A stretch of DNA of 63,004 bases, counting the filler, from Stramenopiles sp. TOSAG23-2 (lineage: Eukaryota): the NCBI GenBank assembly GCA_900128395.1. It is 9 parts of 9 records of this genome, joined end to end, with 100 filler letters (N's around TTAATTAATTAA, not from the genome) between each part and the next. Parts side by side here need not be neighbours in the genome. Positions count along the whole stretch, not along the records: positions 1 to 8,499 come from LT650200.1; positions 8,600 to 17,097 come from LT650201.1; 7 more parts are not named here. One strand, written 5' to 3'. Below are positions 1-11,540 of the stretch, piece after piece. The position numbers and the translations under genes were made by a program. Under the pieces are notes generated by a model that was not told the DNA's origin, made no database searches, and saw nothing but the letters and a program-made list of their open reading frames with translations. Numbering within the stretch: the first letter of the stretch is position 1; every line of letters begins with the position of its first letter.

Positions 1-2
1 TA

Positions 3-1562
3 AGAAGTGTTTCGAGTAGAAATATTGAAAATTTAATGGAATCTTTTGCAGGCGATAGTGGTGATAGTGGTGTAAATCGTGTCTTTAAAATGTTGACGAG
101 TAGCAGAGCAGGGCCAGATATGAATACCGAACACGAAGCCATTGAAGTGGAAGTTCAAATTTTAGAGCAATTAACAGTGGGATGCCCGAGTCTCAGATCA
201 GGGGTAAATGGAATGTTTTGTCCAGTTGATAAAGACTTACCATCAACCGTTGTTGCATATTCCTTAGCATCATTGCGAACTCATGCAGCATTGGATGCAT
301 ATTTTAACAATGCATTTGGCGGAGCAGGCAACACTTCAAGTGAATCCATTTCATCCCCAGATCTTACCATTCTTGATTCTACAAATGATGGAGAAAAAAT
401 AGAAGCTGAAAATAATAATATGGATGATAATAACATCAGTAAAACTTTAGATACAAATGGTGTTGATGGTGAAAAGACGAACTTAAACCAGACCGAGGTA
501 CAGAAGGATTCATCTGTTGATACAAACACAGCGAGTAAAAATACACACGACGCATTTTATGTATTGGATACCCCACGGAAGAAAAGGATGGTTTTGGTAA
601 GCAATGAAGAATGTGACATCGTGGATAAATTTAAAGATGTAGAGGAAGGACGTTCTTTTGAAGTAGTTACATATTTTGCTGCTCAATTCTACGCCTTAAG
701 ACGCTCTTATCTAGATGAGGAAACGGAAGAAGATTATATTCAATCTTTAGTACAATCGCGACCATGGAGAACAAGTGGTGGCAAATCATCTGCACAATTT
801 AGCAAAACATTGGATGGAAGATTTGTTATTAAATGTGTTAGTGCCGAAGAGTTCAATATGTTTCATCACCAATGTGCATGTGGAGTCTACTTTGTTTATA
901 TGGACAAAACTATATTTCAAAATTGTCCCTCGGCATTAGTAAAAATTATGGGTATGCATCGTATAAAAATAAAAAATCCAAGTGGCAGCGTTTCAATTAA
1001 ATACGTTGTTATCATGCAAAATTTATTTGCCGGGATTGATACTACGAATATGCGCTTGTTCGATTTAAAAGGCAAAATTAGATATTATACAAAACGTGTT
1101 CAAAAAGGAACAGTATTATTAGATGGTGATTTGTTACGTATGACAAATGGATTACCTTTGCCATTAACCAAAGAATCAAATGAATTAGTTGGTGATGCAA
1201 TTAATAATGATAGTTTATTTTTAAAAATTGCGGATATTGTTGATTATTCCTTGATTATTGGAATAGACCGGAGGACAAAAACCGTGCGGATGGGAGTAAT
1301 TGATTTCATGCATTCATATGATATGAAAAAGCGTTTGGAATCCAATTTGAAAGGAATTATAAGCGAAGCGACAATTAGGCCTCCAACTGTTTACAGCGAT
1401 AGATTTTTGAATGGCTTTGAAACTTACTTTTGTGCAGTTCCACAGAAATCATTACAAATGCGAACACATTATCGTCGTATTAGTAGCCGACCAAAAAAGA
1501 AAATTGATAATGCTAGGAATGAAGACAATAATCGTGAAAAAAATGTGGATATGAACGAGTAA
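3..1562 (+). CDS. Fab1/PIKfyve-like phosphatidylinositol-phosphate 5-kinase, C-terminal part (5'-truncated at contig start)
   Basis: PIPK catalytic motifs SGGKSSAQFSKTLDGRFVIK, MQNLF, FDLKG, DYSLIIG, GVIDFMHSY; upstream 'PSTVVAYSLAS' and 'YFAAQFYALR' segments typical of Fab1. The frame is open from base 3, so the ATG at 36 is probably internal. Confidence 0.85.
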   Translation, partial: RSVSSRNIENLMESFAGDSGDSGVNRVFKMLTSSRAGPDMNTEHEAIEVEVQILEQLTVGCPSLRSGVNGMFCPVDKDLPSTVVAYSLASLRTHAALDAYFNNAFGGAGNTSSESISSPDLTILDSTNDGEKIEAENNNMDDNNISKTLDTNGVDGEKTNLNQTEVQKDSSVDTNTASKNTHDAFYVLDTPRKKRMVLVSNEECDIVDKFKDVEEGRSFEVVTYFAAQFYALRRSYLDEETEEDYIQSLVQSRPWRTSGGKSSAQFSKTLDGRFVIKCVSAEEFNMFHHQCACGVYFVYMDKTIFQNCPSALVKIMGMHRIKIKNPSGSVSIKYVVIMQNLFAGIDTTNMRLFDLKGKIRYYTKRVQKGTVLLDGDLLRMTNGLPLPLTKESNELVGDAINNDSLFLKIADIVDYSLIIGIDRRTKTVRMGVIDFMHSYDMKKRLESNLKGIISEATIRPPTVYSDRFLNGFETYFCAVPQKSLQMRTHYRRISSRPKKKIDNARNEDNNREKNVDMNE

Positions 1563-1964
1563 TTATATATTGTATATTTGTATTTGTGTGTGTGTGTATG
1601 AACCATAATATATGTAGGAAACATATTTTCTCGGGAGATGAACTTCACCGTAAAAATGATTTTCTGTATTATACCAAGTACATCACCTACCTTCTCATCA
1701 TCAGCGGTGCTTGATGGAGTCAGTGAAACCCTTTATAAAATGACAATATTTATGGATTTCTTTTTTTGAATCCTGGCACTATACCTCTATAGAAATACCA
1801 TTGTGTGATGCCCTAATTGCAGTACATGAATCATAACATACATACTAACAGATTATTATCTGTGAGACAGATAGATAGAGAGAAATTGTAAAAGTACAAA
1901 GCATTGTTTTATTATTACTATTACCATAAGTGACAAATTGTGACGGTTTATAATAATAATAACA

Positions 1965-4900
1965 ATGGCATCGGTCCAACAATCTGCCACCAATAACAAA
2001 GATGCAAAAGTTCCAAGGGAAAAATTGAGAAAGAAAGATCTTGAGCCATCAGCAAGTTTAATTGAATGGTTATTTTTATCTTGGTTAACACCTTATTTTA
2101 TTTTGGGAAATAAGCGGCCCCTGGATGATGATGATATGCCTACCTATTTTGCGAATGATTATGGGCAAGCTTGCATCGATCGTTTTCAAGAAATATGGGG
2201 AAACAATGAAGCTATGAAAAAGGAAGCAGCAAAGAAAGATGACAAAGACCGAAGTGTGTTAACCATGTGGCGCATCTATTTTCAGTTACTGGGACCCAAA
2301 ATATTATTATATCAATTTATGTTGGATATATGCAAAATATTTACCATGATTGCTGCTCCAACATTTTTATATCGTTTGCTACAGGGCTTAGAAGGATCAG
2401 TACAAGTCACCCGCCCAGAATTATGGGGATATGCTGTTGGCATATGGGTTTGCCCTTTTGCAAGTGCGGTTTTACAAAGTTTACACGGGCGCTTAATAAC
2501 AAGGCATGCTTGCCGCATGCGAAACGCATTGGCAATGAAAGTTTATCGGGACTGTTTAGATATGAGTAATAAAGCTCGGACGGAATTAGGGACAGGCAAA
2601 ACTGTACAATTAATGGCTATGGATTGTGAAGTATGTGGTAATGCTCTTCATATGATGCATTTTTTTATTGATATACCAATTCGTATTTCTGCTGTGATTG
2701 TTATAGTATATGTGTTAATAGGCTGGCCAGCATTTTTAGCATTGCTTGTATTGTGTATTGCTGCGCCATTAAATACTAAGGGAACCAGATGGTTTGTAAA
2801 AGTGCGTAGGCAGAAAGTAAGGAAAGGAGACGAACGATTGAAGTTAACGAATGAAGTTTTGTCAGGAATACGAATATCGAAATATTTTAATTGGGGACAG
2901 GCATTTGTCGATGCTATACAAGTTGTACGCAATGAAGAGATGGATTTATTTTTTAAATTAAAATTCATTATGGTAATGTTTGTTTTCGTACCAATTCAAT
3001 GGATGCCTGTTTTAATGCCATTAATGGCATTAGTTGCTGCAAGTATGATAGGTGTAACCATCACTGCATCCTTGGCATTTGCAGTTATGGGATATTTCAA
3101 TACATTGAAATGGATCATTATAATTATACCATGGTTTTTTACTCAAATGACGAATTGCCAAGTTTCATTACGACGTTTGATGAATTATTATGTTAAATCG
3201 AGATTGGAAGGTGTAAATGAACTTGTTGATGCTAGTGATAGTGTAAATGGTAATGAAAACGCATCATCATCAAACAAAGCAGTTGTAAAATTTGATAATG
3301 CTTCCTTTAAATGGGATGAAGACAGTGATAAGGTAATATTGCATGATATTGATCTCAAAGTGCCAAAAGGACAATTAATAGCAATTGTTGGCCCTGTTGC
3401 ATCTGGAAAAACTAGCTTATTAATGGCATTATTGGGAGAAATGACTACTTCGAGTGAAGGCAAAGCATATAAAAAAGGTACAGTTGCATACGTTGGACAG
3501 CAGCCATGGGTTATGAATCGAACCTTGCGTGATAATATAACATTTTTAAAAGAATTCGATGAAAAGAGGTATGAACAAACAATTTCTCAATGCGCCCTAG
3601 GCCCAGATTTAAAAGTTATCAAAGGTGGTGATCAAGCAGAAATTGGCGAACGAGGTATCAACTTATCTGGAGGTCAGAAAGCAAGAATAGGCATGTGTAG
3701 GGCTGTATATCAAGATCGTGAAATTTATTTATTAGATGATATTTTAAGTGCCGTTGATGCACATGTTGGTTCGCATATTTTCAAAGAAGTCATAACAGGG
3801 CAATTACAAGGTAAAACAATTTTATTCGTTACAAATGCTTTACAATATGTAAATAAGTGTGATCGGGTAATAGTACTGGACGATGGCAAAATTGTAGAAG
3901 ATGGTACATATGATGAGTTGCTTCAAAAAGGTGATGTTAAAATCATTAATAAAGCAGAATCGCAGAGGACAGAAGAAGCAGAACCAGAACCTAATGCCAC
4001 GAAAGATTTAGAGGAAAAAGACGGCGAAATAGAAACGAGCGAAATTGTTTTAACAGAGGGAAAGAAGAATACCACCGGTAGTGATGAGAAAAAAAATACT
4101 GGTGATGAAAAAATGACCGGGGATGATGGGAAAGAGGCAAAACGGGTTGATAATAAGGCAGCTGGCACGTTGATAAAAGCGGAGGAACGTGATACTGGTG
4201 ATGTGAAGTTAAAACGTTATACACATTATATTTATAATATGGGATGGCATAATTTAATTATTTTTCTCATTGCTGCATTTGCATGGAAACTGGTGGAATA
4301 CTCGCAATTATTTATCATCAGTGAATGGTCAGCAAATTCAATGCGAGAATGCCATAAGCAACTGAAAACATCTAATATTAGCTTGAACGATTGTAAATTG
4401 AATCCGGAGACTAGTACGACATATGCTACGCTGTATGTTGCTTCTTCGTTTGTATGCTTAATATTAGTTATTACATTTCAAATTTCATTTACGTTTGGTA
4501 ACATTCGGGCTTCAAAAATTCTCCATAAGGCATTATTAGAATCTGTTATACGAGCACCGACAGAATTTTTTGACACCACACCATTAGGTAGAATACTGGT
4601 ACGTTTTTCCTCAGATACAGATCGTTTAGATTTCATGGTAGCTGGTGGCTTGCGACAAACGTACCAAACGACGACAGCAATTTCATTAGCTGTTATAGGA
4701 ATGATTTTTGTGACTCGAGGGATAATCATAGCTGCAATAATTCCAGTATTTTATTTATATCGATTTATCGCACGTTTTTTCCGTGCGTCAAAAACTGAAA
4801 CTCAAAGAATTGAAAGTTTGTCTAGATCATTGATATTGGCAACATTCACTGAAACTCTTATTGGAGCTATTAGCATTAGGGCGTATAACGCACAGAAAAG

Positions 4901-6038
4901 TTTCATGGATATAGTTGAAAAGAAATTTACGTTCAACACAAGAGCTCGTTTAACATTTGGTTTTGGTGGCCCATGGCTAACAATTCGAATGACAATGCTG
5001 AGTGCTACAATCACGTTTTCTGTTGCTGCAATTGCTGTGTCGTGTTATGGCACAGATTTAGAAATTGATGCTGCATATGTTGGTATAGCAATAGTTTTAT
5101 CATTACAATTAGCACAATTTATGGAAGGCTTTATACAACAATATGCTAATTTAGAAACAGCATTTAATGCAGTGGAACGTATACAAGATTATACAGACAA
5201 TTTAAAGCATGAAGCAGCACCTGAAGACGCGGAGATGAATGCACCGAAAGAATGGCCACAAAATGGCCAAATTGTTGCTAAAAATGTTTCCATGCGATAT
5301 CGACAAGAACTTCCTTTGGTATTAAAAAATTTAAATTTTACTGTGAAACCTGGTGAGAAAATTGGTGTTTGCGGTAGAACAGGGGCTGGAAAAAGTTCTT
5401 TAATGGTTTCCATGTTTCGGCTGGTAGAAATGGAAAGTGGCTCTTTGGAAATTGATGGCATTAATATACAAAGTATTCCATTAGGTGATTTACGTTCATC
5501 TATTACAATTATCCCGCAAGATCCTGTAATGTATAGTACAACAATACGTGAAAACTTAGATCCTTTCAAAAAAGTTACCGACGAAGAAATGTGGGATGCA
5601 CTTGAAAAATGCTGCATGAAAGAAAATGTTATGAAATTAGAAAACAAATTATCCCATCCAGTGGCTGAACGTGGTAGCAATTTTAGTGTTGGCGAGCGAC
5701 AGTTGATATGTATTGCAAGGGCCTTGCTTAGAAAATCAAAGGTATTATTGCTGGACGAGGCAACTGCTAGTATAGATCAAGCAACAGACGATAAAATCCA
5801 ACAAACTATCCGTGTTGCATTTAAAGATGTAACTGTTTTGACTATTGCACACAGATTGAATACCATCATTGATAGTGATAAAGTAATGTTGATGTCTGAT
5901 GGGAAAGTATTAGAATTTGATGAACCAAAGACATTATTGGATGATGAAAATAGCAGTTTTTTTAAGTTAGTGGAAAGTATGGGTAAAGGATCTGCAGAGA
6001 AATATAAGGGTTTCGTAAAAAAGGAAGAATCTGATTAA
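1965..6038 (+). CDS. ABCC/MRP-family ABC transporter (short form, TMD-NBD-TMD-NBD)
   Basis: NBD1 GPVASGKT, LSGGQKAR, YLLDD; NBD2 GRTGAGKS, FSVGERQL, LLDEAT; FFDTTPLGRI motif; two hydrophobic domains; intronless 1357 aa. Confidence 0.95.
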   Translation: MASVQQSATNNKDAKVPREKLRKKDLEPSASLIEWLFLSWLTPYFILGNKRPLDDDDMPTYFANDYGQACIDRFQEIWGNNEAMKKEAAKKDDKDRSVLTMWRIYFQLLGPKILLYQFMLDICKIFTMIAAPTFLYRLLQGLEGSVQVTRPELWGYAVGIWVCPFASAVLQSLHGRLITRHACRMRNALAMKVYRDCLDMSNKARTELGTGKTVQLMAMDCEVCGNALHMMHFFIDIPIRISAVIVIVYVLIGWPAFLALLVLCIAAPLNTKGTRWFVKVRRQKVRKGDERLKLTNEVLSGIRISKYFNWGQAFVDAIQVVRNEEMDLFFKLKFIMVMFVFVPIQWMPVLMPLMALVAASMIGVTITASLAFAVMGYFNTLKWIIIIIPWFFTQMTNCQVSLRRLMNYYVKSRLEGVNELVDASDSVNGNENASSSNKAVVKFDNASFKWDEDSDKVILHDIDLKVPKGQLIAIVGPVASGKTSLLMALLGEMTTSSEGKAYKKGTVAYVGQQPWVMNRTLRDNITFLKEFDEKRYEQTISQCALGPDLKVIKGGDQAEIGERGINLSGGQKARIGMCRAVYQDREIYLLDDILSAVDAHVGSHIFKEVITGQLQGKTILFVTNALQYVNKCDRVIVLDDGKIVEDGTYDELLQKGDVKIINKAESQRTEEAEPEPNATKDLEEKDGEIETSEIVLTEGKKNTTGSDEKKNTGDEKMTGDDGKEAKRVDNKAAGTLIKAEERDTGDVKLKRYTHYIYNMGWHNLIIFLIAAFAWKLVEYSQLFIISEWSANSMRECHKQLKTSNISLNDCKLNPETSTTYATLYVASSFVCLILVITFQISFTFGNIRASKILHKALLESVIRAPTEFFDTTPLGRILVRFSSDTDRLDFMVAGGLRQTYQTTTAISLAVIGMIFVTRGIIIAAIIPVFYLYRFIARFFRASKTETQRIESLSRSLILATFTETLIGAISIRAYNAQKSFMDIVEKKFTFNTRARLTFGFGGPWLTIRMTMLSATITFSVAAIAVSCYGTDLEIDAAYVGIAIVLSLQLAQFMEGFIQQYANLETAFNAVERIQDYTDNLKHEAAPEDAEMNAPKEWPQNGQIVAKNVSMRYRQELPLVLKNLNFTVKPGEKIGVCGRTGAGKSSLMVSMFRLVEMESGSLEIDGINIQSIPLGDLRSSITIIPQDPVMYSTTIRENLDPFKKVTDEEMWDALEKCCMKENVMKLENKLSHPVAERGSNFSVGERQLICIARALLRKSKVLLLDEATASIDQATDDKIQQTIRVAFKDVTVLTIAHRLNTIIDSDKVMLMSDGKVLEFDEPKTLLDDENSSFFKLVESMGKGSAEKYKGFVKKEESD

Positions 6039-6415
6039 ACACACAGAAAGAGGAGAGAAAATGTTAAAAGCGTTGTTTTTTAAAATACGTACTGATATAT
6101 ATACAAAAGTTTATGATATTATATGTTGTACATTTTTATAATAAATTTACGAAAGTATGATACGAGCGTATTATGATATGATATTTAATGCACATGCTAT
6201 TTTTAGTTTTTATTAATATTTACGTATATTTTTTTATTTTTTTATAATTCCTCCTATTTCCAATATAGGAAAAAAAATATATATATATAATATAATATAT
6301 GTAGTCAATTACGACACCACAAATATTATAAGATACGTGTACTGACTTCTTGTTGTAAGTCCATGAAAATATCATATTTCTTCATATATATATATGACAC
6401 ATATATTCGACGAAT

Positions 6416-7840
6416 TTATTTGCATGATGCTTCGGTTAACCTTTCTACTAATTCAGCTTTTCTACCTTTAGTTGATAAGCCAAGTTTTTTCAATTCTGCA
6501 CGTAAATCAACAACTCTTAATTTAGAAAAGTCTTGCACTTCAACCTCTGTTTCCTCTTCTTCTTCAACTATATCTTCGGCATTATTATTTACTAGGGCAC
6601 GAACAAATTTCGTATTACGCTTTCTACCAGTTGGATTTCCTTCATCATCAAGAAATTTAATTGGAACACCTTTACTTTTTGTTGGTCTACCAACAACAAT
6701 TGCATTGAAGAAAAAATAACAATTTTCATCATCTTCAAAGTCTAGAGCTTCAATTATATCGTTTTTTTTACAAGACATGTTGAAATCAACATTGAATTCA
6801 AAATCTTCTTGCTTTGCAAATCTTTCTTCTTCATCATCTTCTTCCTCATTATTTTCTTGTACAATCTCCTTTTGTTCTTCTTGTACATTTACTTCCGTTT
6901 CAACTGGTTGTCCATTTTCTTGTTCCACTACTTCTTCTACTTCTACTTCTGCTTCCTCTTGTTCCTCTACAATTGGCGCTACTGATGATTCAACAATATC
7001 ATTGTTATTCTCAGTTGTTGCTGTTGTTGTAGATGTCACTTGTGGTGTAAGAAATAAACGACCCATACCTTCGCATGCTGGTGTCCATGATTTTGGTTCT
7101 TTTTGCTTTTTGCTTGTTGAAAACTCTACCGTATTTTCATATCCTTTTGCTGGTGTTGGTGTATGCTGTACTTGAATTTGCTCACGTATTGGAGTTGGTA
7201 ATGAACGTTTTCCTGTTGTTGCAAACTCTTCATCATTTTCCTCATCATTTTGAACATTTTCAAGATCAAACGTATTTATATCCACCATATCATCCCTAGC
7301 TCCAGAGTTAGAGTCTTTCTCTTCTTCTACTACTTCCTCTTCCTCGGCATCGTTACTAACACTATCATCAATTGGTACCCTTAAAGCTGGTGTACTTAAT
7401 CTTCGCTTTTTAATATCGTTTCTGATTGGTGTTGTTAAAGCACGTTTTTGCTCTTCAACCACTGATTTTTGTATCATCGTTTTATAAAATTTTTGAAGAA
7501 ACTCTGGGGTATATTCCCAACGGAATCGTCTTTCTCCAACTTTTAATACGTCTTTATGTCCTAAACACATATCGGCACCTGAAACGTTTTTATTATTCAA
7601 GTTGGTTGGGTTGGTCATCGACATATTACGCAAATATACTTTACCATCATCTTCATTTATTCTTATAAGGGTATGACGTCTTGACACAGTACTTAAACTA
7701 ATACGAATATGACAATCTTCATGACGTCCTATCATGATATCACGATTGACTGGGAATTTTCCACCGTCTTGACCATCACGTCGGATAACAACAACGTGTC
7801 CAAAGGTTTGTGAATTTTCATTGTTATTTAAAACTTGCAT
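6416..7840 (-). CDS. FHA-domain / SAP-domain nuclear protein (Ki-67-like FHA)
   Basis: N-terminal FHA (IGRHEDCHIRI..VSRRH..NMSMTNPT); acidic disordered middle with many TP sites; C-terminal SAP (LRVVDLRAELKKLGLSTKGRKAELVERL). Confidence 0.85.
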   Translation of the reverse strand: MQVLNNNENSQTFGHVVVIRRDGQDGGKFPVNRDIMIGRHEDCHIRISLSTVSRRHTLIRINEDDGKVYLRNMSMTNPTNLNNKNVSGADMCLGHKDVLKVGERRFRWEYTPEFLQKFYKTMIQKSVVEEQKRALTTPIRNDIKKRRLSTPALRVPIDDSVSNDAEEEEVVEEEKDSNSGARDDMVDINTFDLENVQNDEENDEEFATTGKRSLPTPIREQIQVQHTPTPAKGYENTVEFSTSKKQKEPKSWTPACEGMGRLFLTPQVTSTTTATTENNNDIVESSVAPIVEEQEEAEVEVEEVVEQENGQPVETEVNVQEEQKEIVQENNEEEDDEEERFAKQEDFEFNVDFNMSCKKNDIIEALDFEDDENCYFFFNAIVVGRPTKSKGVPIKFLDDEGNPTGRKRNTKFVRALVNNNAEDIVEEEEETEVEVQDFSKLRVVDLRAELKKLGLSTKGRKAELVERLTEASCK

Positions 7841-8499
7841 GTTGCTTTTTCTTCTTTTTTTTTTTTTGTAGTAGATAAATCAAAATGTATTATAATAAAT
7901 GTTATAATTTTTTGTTGTTATTGTGAAAATCAATGACTAATATGTAGCTCAATTTTTATCCAATGTGTTATGTATATATGTACGTAAATGAATATTCCAA
8001 GCGTCTATCGTGTATATATGTAATTGCGTGTGTATGTAATTGGTATGGTATGTACTCATATGTATTCCACTCAATATACAGTCTATATTTGCCCATTTTG
8101 TATTGTTTTGTGTAGTATTGTTTTTTTTTTTTTAACAACAACAACGTTCAGAAGATGATTGCACAAAATTACAATGCCACAGAATGCGAATAGCATTTAG
8201 CATTTTATAACATTTGATTTCTTCTTCTTCATATAATACTGTGTTAGTGTTAGTGTAAATGGTATTTTAACCTTAACCCCTCTCACTCAAAAGATTGCAT
8301 CCTTGGCGCACCTCGCACCTTAACCTCTCCCATTTTTTTTTTTTCTGATGAAGAAAAAACAAAAAACAAACATAGAAAAATATTTAAATAAAAATAATCA
8401 ATGTATATACATTATAACCATGTATACAATAAGAAGTATAGAGTTGTAATATATATATATATATATATATATAGATGTACATACTTGTCATTTCTATCT

Positions 8500-8599
8500 N
8501 NNNNNNNNNNNNNNNNNNNNNNNNNNNNNNNNNNNNNNNNNNNTTAATTAATTAANNNNNNNNNNNNNNNNNNNNNNNNNNNNNNNNNNNNNNNNNNNN
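8500..8599. other. Artificial 100-nt contig linker N44-TTAATTAATTAA-N44; same linker at 17098-17197, 25692-25791, 34263-34362, 42806-42905, 51348-51447, 59882-59981, 61444-61543
   Basis: Identical structure eight times; the 12-mer puts stop codons in all six frames; intervening contigs fall monotonically in length. Confidence 0.97.
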
Positions 8600-9025
8600 C
8601 GTGTTAAGTAATATGCTCAATACTCAATCGCAAGAATAATATTCTATCCTACTCGTATCATACTATAGTAAAGCTCTAATGCACCTCTGCAAACTAATAC
8701 TTCACAAGCACGAGTAGGTTTCTATCCTTCCTTCATGCTCGTACGTTGAACGCGCTGAACTATAATATATACTTTCGTATATATATTACGAGTATATAAC
8801 ATGTGCTAGATCGAAAGAATACTATATCTAGAGACAGAGAGAGAGAGAGAGAGACAGACAGTTTTTCTTTTACGTACGTGTGTTTTTTGTACACACACAT
8901 AAAAAGAAGTTATCATATGCATATCATAAGATACAGAGGGGTGTATGATAAGATTAAAAAAATAATATTTTATAATATGTCATATGCATATTTTTACGTA
9001 TGTTACACTCTTGACACACGCAGCT

Positions 9026-10024
9026 TTACGCTTTTTGATTGTTAATTTCATTTCTTCTGTATTCCCAATATTTTTTTCTAATCACATCAGAATTACTCAA
9101 TTCATCTAATAATTTGTTGCATTCTAATCTTGCATCATCATTATTTTTTTCTTCCAATATATCAATTAATACAGACATTGCAGGAAAGCAAATTATTTTG
9201 TTATTACATTTGGAACCTAAAACTTTTTGACGTATGTAATCTTCAATTTCAGGATAATTGGAATATTTACGACTATCCATCAGTCCTTCTAAATATGCCC
9301 ATCCAGCTTGATTATTTTTAACAATATCAAATTTTGAAAAACAATATTGTATTTCTTTTTTTACAATGTCATCACTAATAGCTGCACTATCATTACCTGT
9401 ACCTTCTTTCCCTTTGACTAAAACATACCAACGTTGATTCCACGCAGAATTATTACGTATATCAGAAAATAATAACATATCAATAAATTCTAATTCATTT
9501 TCGAATAAATCAAATGCTTTTAATACCCATTGTCGATGCCCCCATGCATGATAATTTTTCGCATCGTCCGCAAAAACTGATTCTGTATAGTCTAATTCTT
9601 TTTTTCCATTTTCAATTTTATCTGTACCAAATTGCAATATAAGTGAACGACGATGAAACCAAATTTGATAATTTTTTGGATTACTACCTGCTATTTTTGT
9701 TACCCAATCTAATTCATTGGCTAAATCGGATGCATCCCCAACATTGACAAGACACAAACGCCTGAAATGCCACACAGAGTAATTTGCTGCATTGAATTGA
9801 ATCAAATCTTGTGTCAAACGCAATGCACGTTTTGAATATTCTTTTATTTTCACTAGTCCACGAAAGATATTCATTAATTCAACATATTCTTTTGCATACG
9901 ATATTGGGACAACTGGATGTGGTCCATCATCTTGCAATACAATTTCTATATCTTGAAATGAATTTTTAGGATCATCTTGATCGTACTGAACTTCAGTATT
10001 ATTATTCGATACGATTGTTGTCAT
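9026..10024 (-). CDS. FNTA: Protein farnesyltransferase / geranylgeranyltransferase type I alpha subunit
   Basis: QDDGPHPVVPISY N-terminal motif and PPTA repeats ANYSVWHFR, KNYQIWFHR, KNYHAWGHR, RNNSAWNQR, NQAGWAYL; C-terminal DVIRKKYW. Confidence 0.95.
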   Translation of the reverse strand: MTTIVSNNNTEVQYDQDDPKNSFQDIEIVLQDDGPHPVVPISYAKEYVELMNIFRGLVKIKEYSKRALRLTQDLIQFNAANYSVWHFRRLCLVNVGDASDLANELDWVTKIAGSNPKNYQIWFHRRSLILQFGTDKIENGKKELDYTESVFADDAKNYHAWGHRQWVLKAFDLFENELEFIDMLLFSDIRNNSAWNQRWYVLVKGKEGTGNDSAAISDDIVKKEIQYCFSKFDIVKNNQAGWAYLEGLMDSRKYSNYPEIEDYIRQKVLGSKCNNKIICFPAMSVLIDILEEKNNDDARLECNKLLDELSNSDVIRKKYWEYRRNEINNQKA

Positions 10025-10724
10025 TGTTTCTTTTTCTTTTTTTTTTTTTTTCGTGGTGTTTTGTTGTTATTCTTTCTTGTTTTCCTCCCTTTTATTTCGA
10101 ATTTATATTATTAGTGAAATTAGCTAATTTTATTGGTGATTTTTATTCATCATACCAGGCATACCAGCATACCAGTATTATTATTATTATTATTTTCAAT
10201 TATTGTGCTGTACCTGGTATATGGTGCTATGTATTATTTTTTTTTTTATTGTTGCATGCATTTTTGTTTAATGTTTATATTAATAGCCAAATTATGTAGT
10301 CTTATATCTTTACTATATTAATATATAGAGATAGACATAGGGGACTGAAAAGACATGATGAAATAAACTGGTTGGTGAGCAATAAAACCACCCAATATGC
10401 CTGTCTCACCATACAAGATAGAAATATCATTATCGATAAAACAACTCTATAGAGAGGACTCTGTGGGAGCACTAACACGGAATAATAATATTGACACACG
10501 CCTATTTTAAGCACCTACAGTACAGGATAGCCTGGATAGCCTGGATAGCACTATTATTACAATACGTGCCGGGAGGAAATGAATGAACCATAATAAGCAT
10601 ATACGTATTCAGGTACAATATATATTTAAACATATATCGATATATTAGATAGTGGAAGGATAGTCAAGAAAGAAGAACCAAGTAAACAATTTATAGGGTG
10701 TTTTGTATAACAAAATAATTGACT

Positions 10725-11075
10725 ATGTTTGCACGTAAAGCTTTACAGACTATTAAGAAACCACAATGCAGGACGTTTGTTAGTAAAACAACTGCAAGAC
10801 TAGCTGGTCCAGAAAAGCAATTACCAGGTCAACCACAAAATGCAATGAAAAAGTGGTGGGCCTACCAAACACATACAAACAGACAAATTACAAGAACTTT
10901 GTCACCATTTCAAATTGATCATGTTGGACCATTGTTTAAAACTATATTGAAAAATGCACCTAAAAAAATTACAGAGAATTGGCTCGATGTGTTACCAGGT
11001 GCTATTGTATTGTATGGTGTAATGACATGGGGTAACAGTGCTTTCAACGAAGACCAACGTAGTCACTGGAGTTAA
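10725..11075 (+). CDS. QCR8: Cytochrome b-c1 complex subunit 8 (UcrQ/QCR8) with mitochondrial presequence-like N-terminus
   Basis: QITRTLSPFQ motif followed by one TM helix (VLPGAIVLYGVMTWG); ATG at 10725 (the track starts at an upstream TTG). Confidence 0.75.
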   Translation: MFARKALQTIKKPQCRTFVSKTTARLAGPEKQLPGQPQNAMKKWWAYQTHTNRQITRTLSPFQIDHVGPLFKTILKNAPKKITENWLDVLPGAIVLYGVMTWGNSAFNEDQRSHWS

Positions 11076-11540
11076 ACTTTTTACATTTGTATATTTAAAT
11101 AATATATATGCATATGTTGTAGAGACGTATATTTATATATATTATGTATAATATAATATAATATATGAAAAATTTGTTGCCAATCTTCCCTTGTCTTTTT
11201 TTCCGATAGTTAGAACAACGTAATATCAATTTATAGGAGGATATATGTGTGTATAATTGACAGAAATCTAAAATAAATTATATTTTAAATATATCATGTC
11301 AAAATATGATATGCATACACACTTTTCATTACATTTTATAACCACACATCATATGATATATTATACGACTCGTACATGATACATGATATATACGAAGAAA
11401 AGTATATTATATAATTAATTTTACGCAATTAATATATACTAGTGTACAAAAGTATGATTTTTTACGAGTATAATTCTTACGTGTAATATATATATATACT
11501 CGTATATGATACACACACACACACACACTGACGTGTATAC

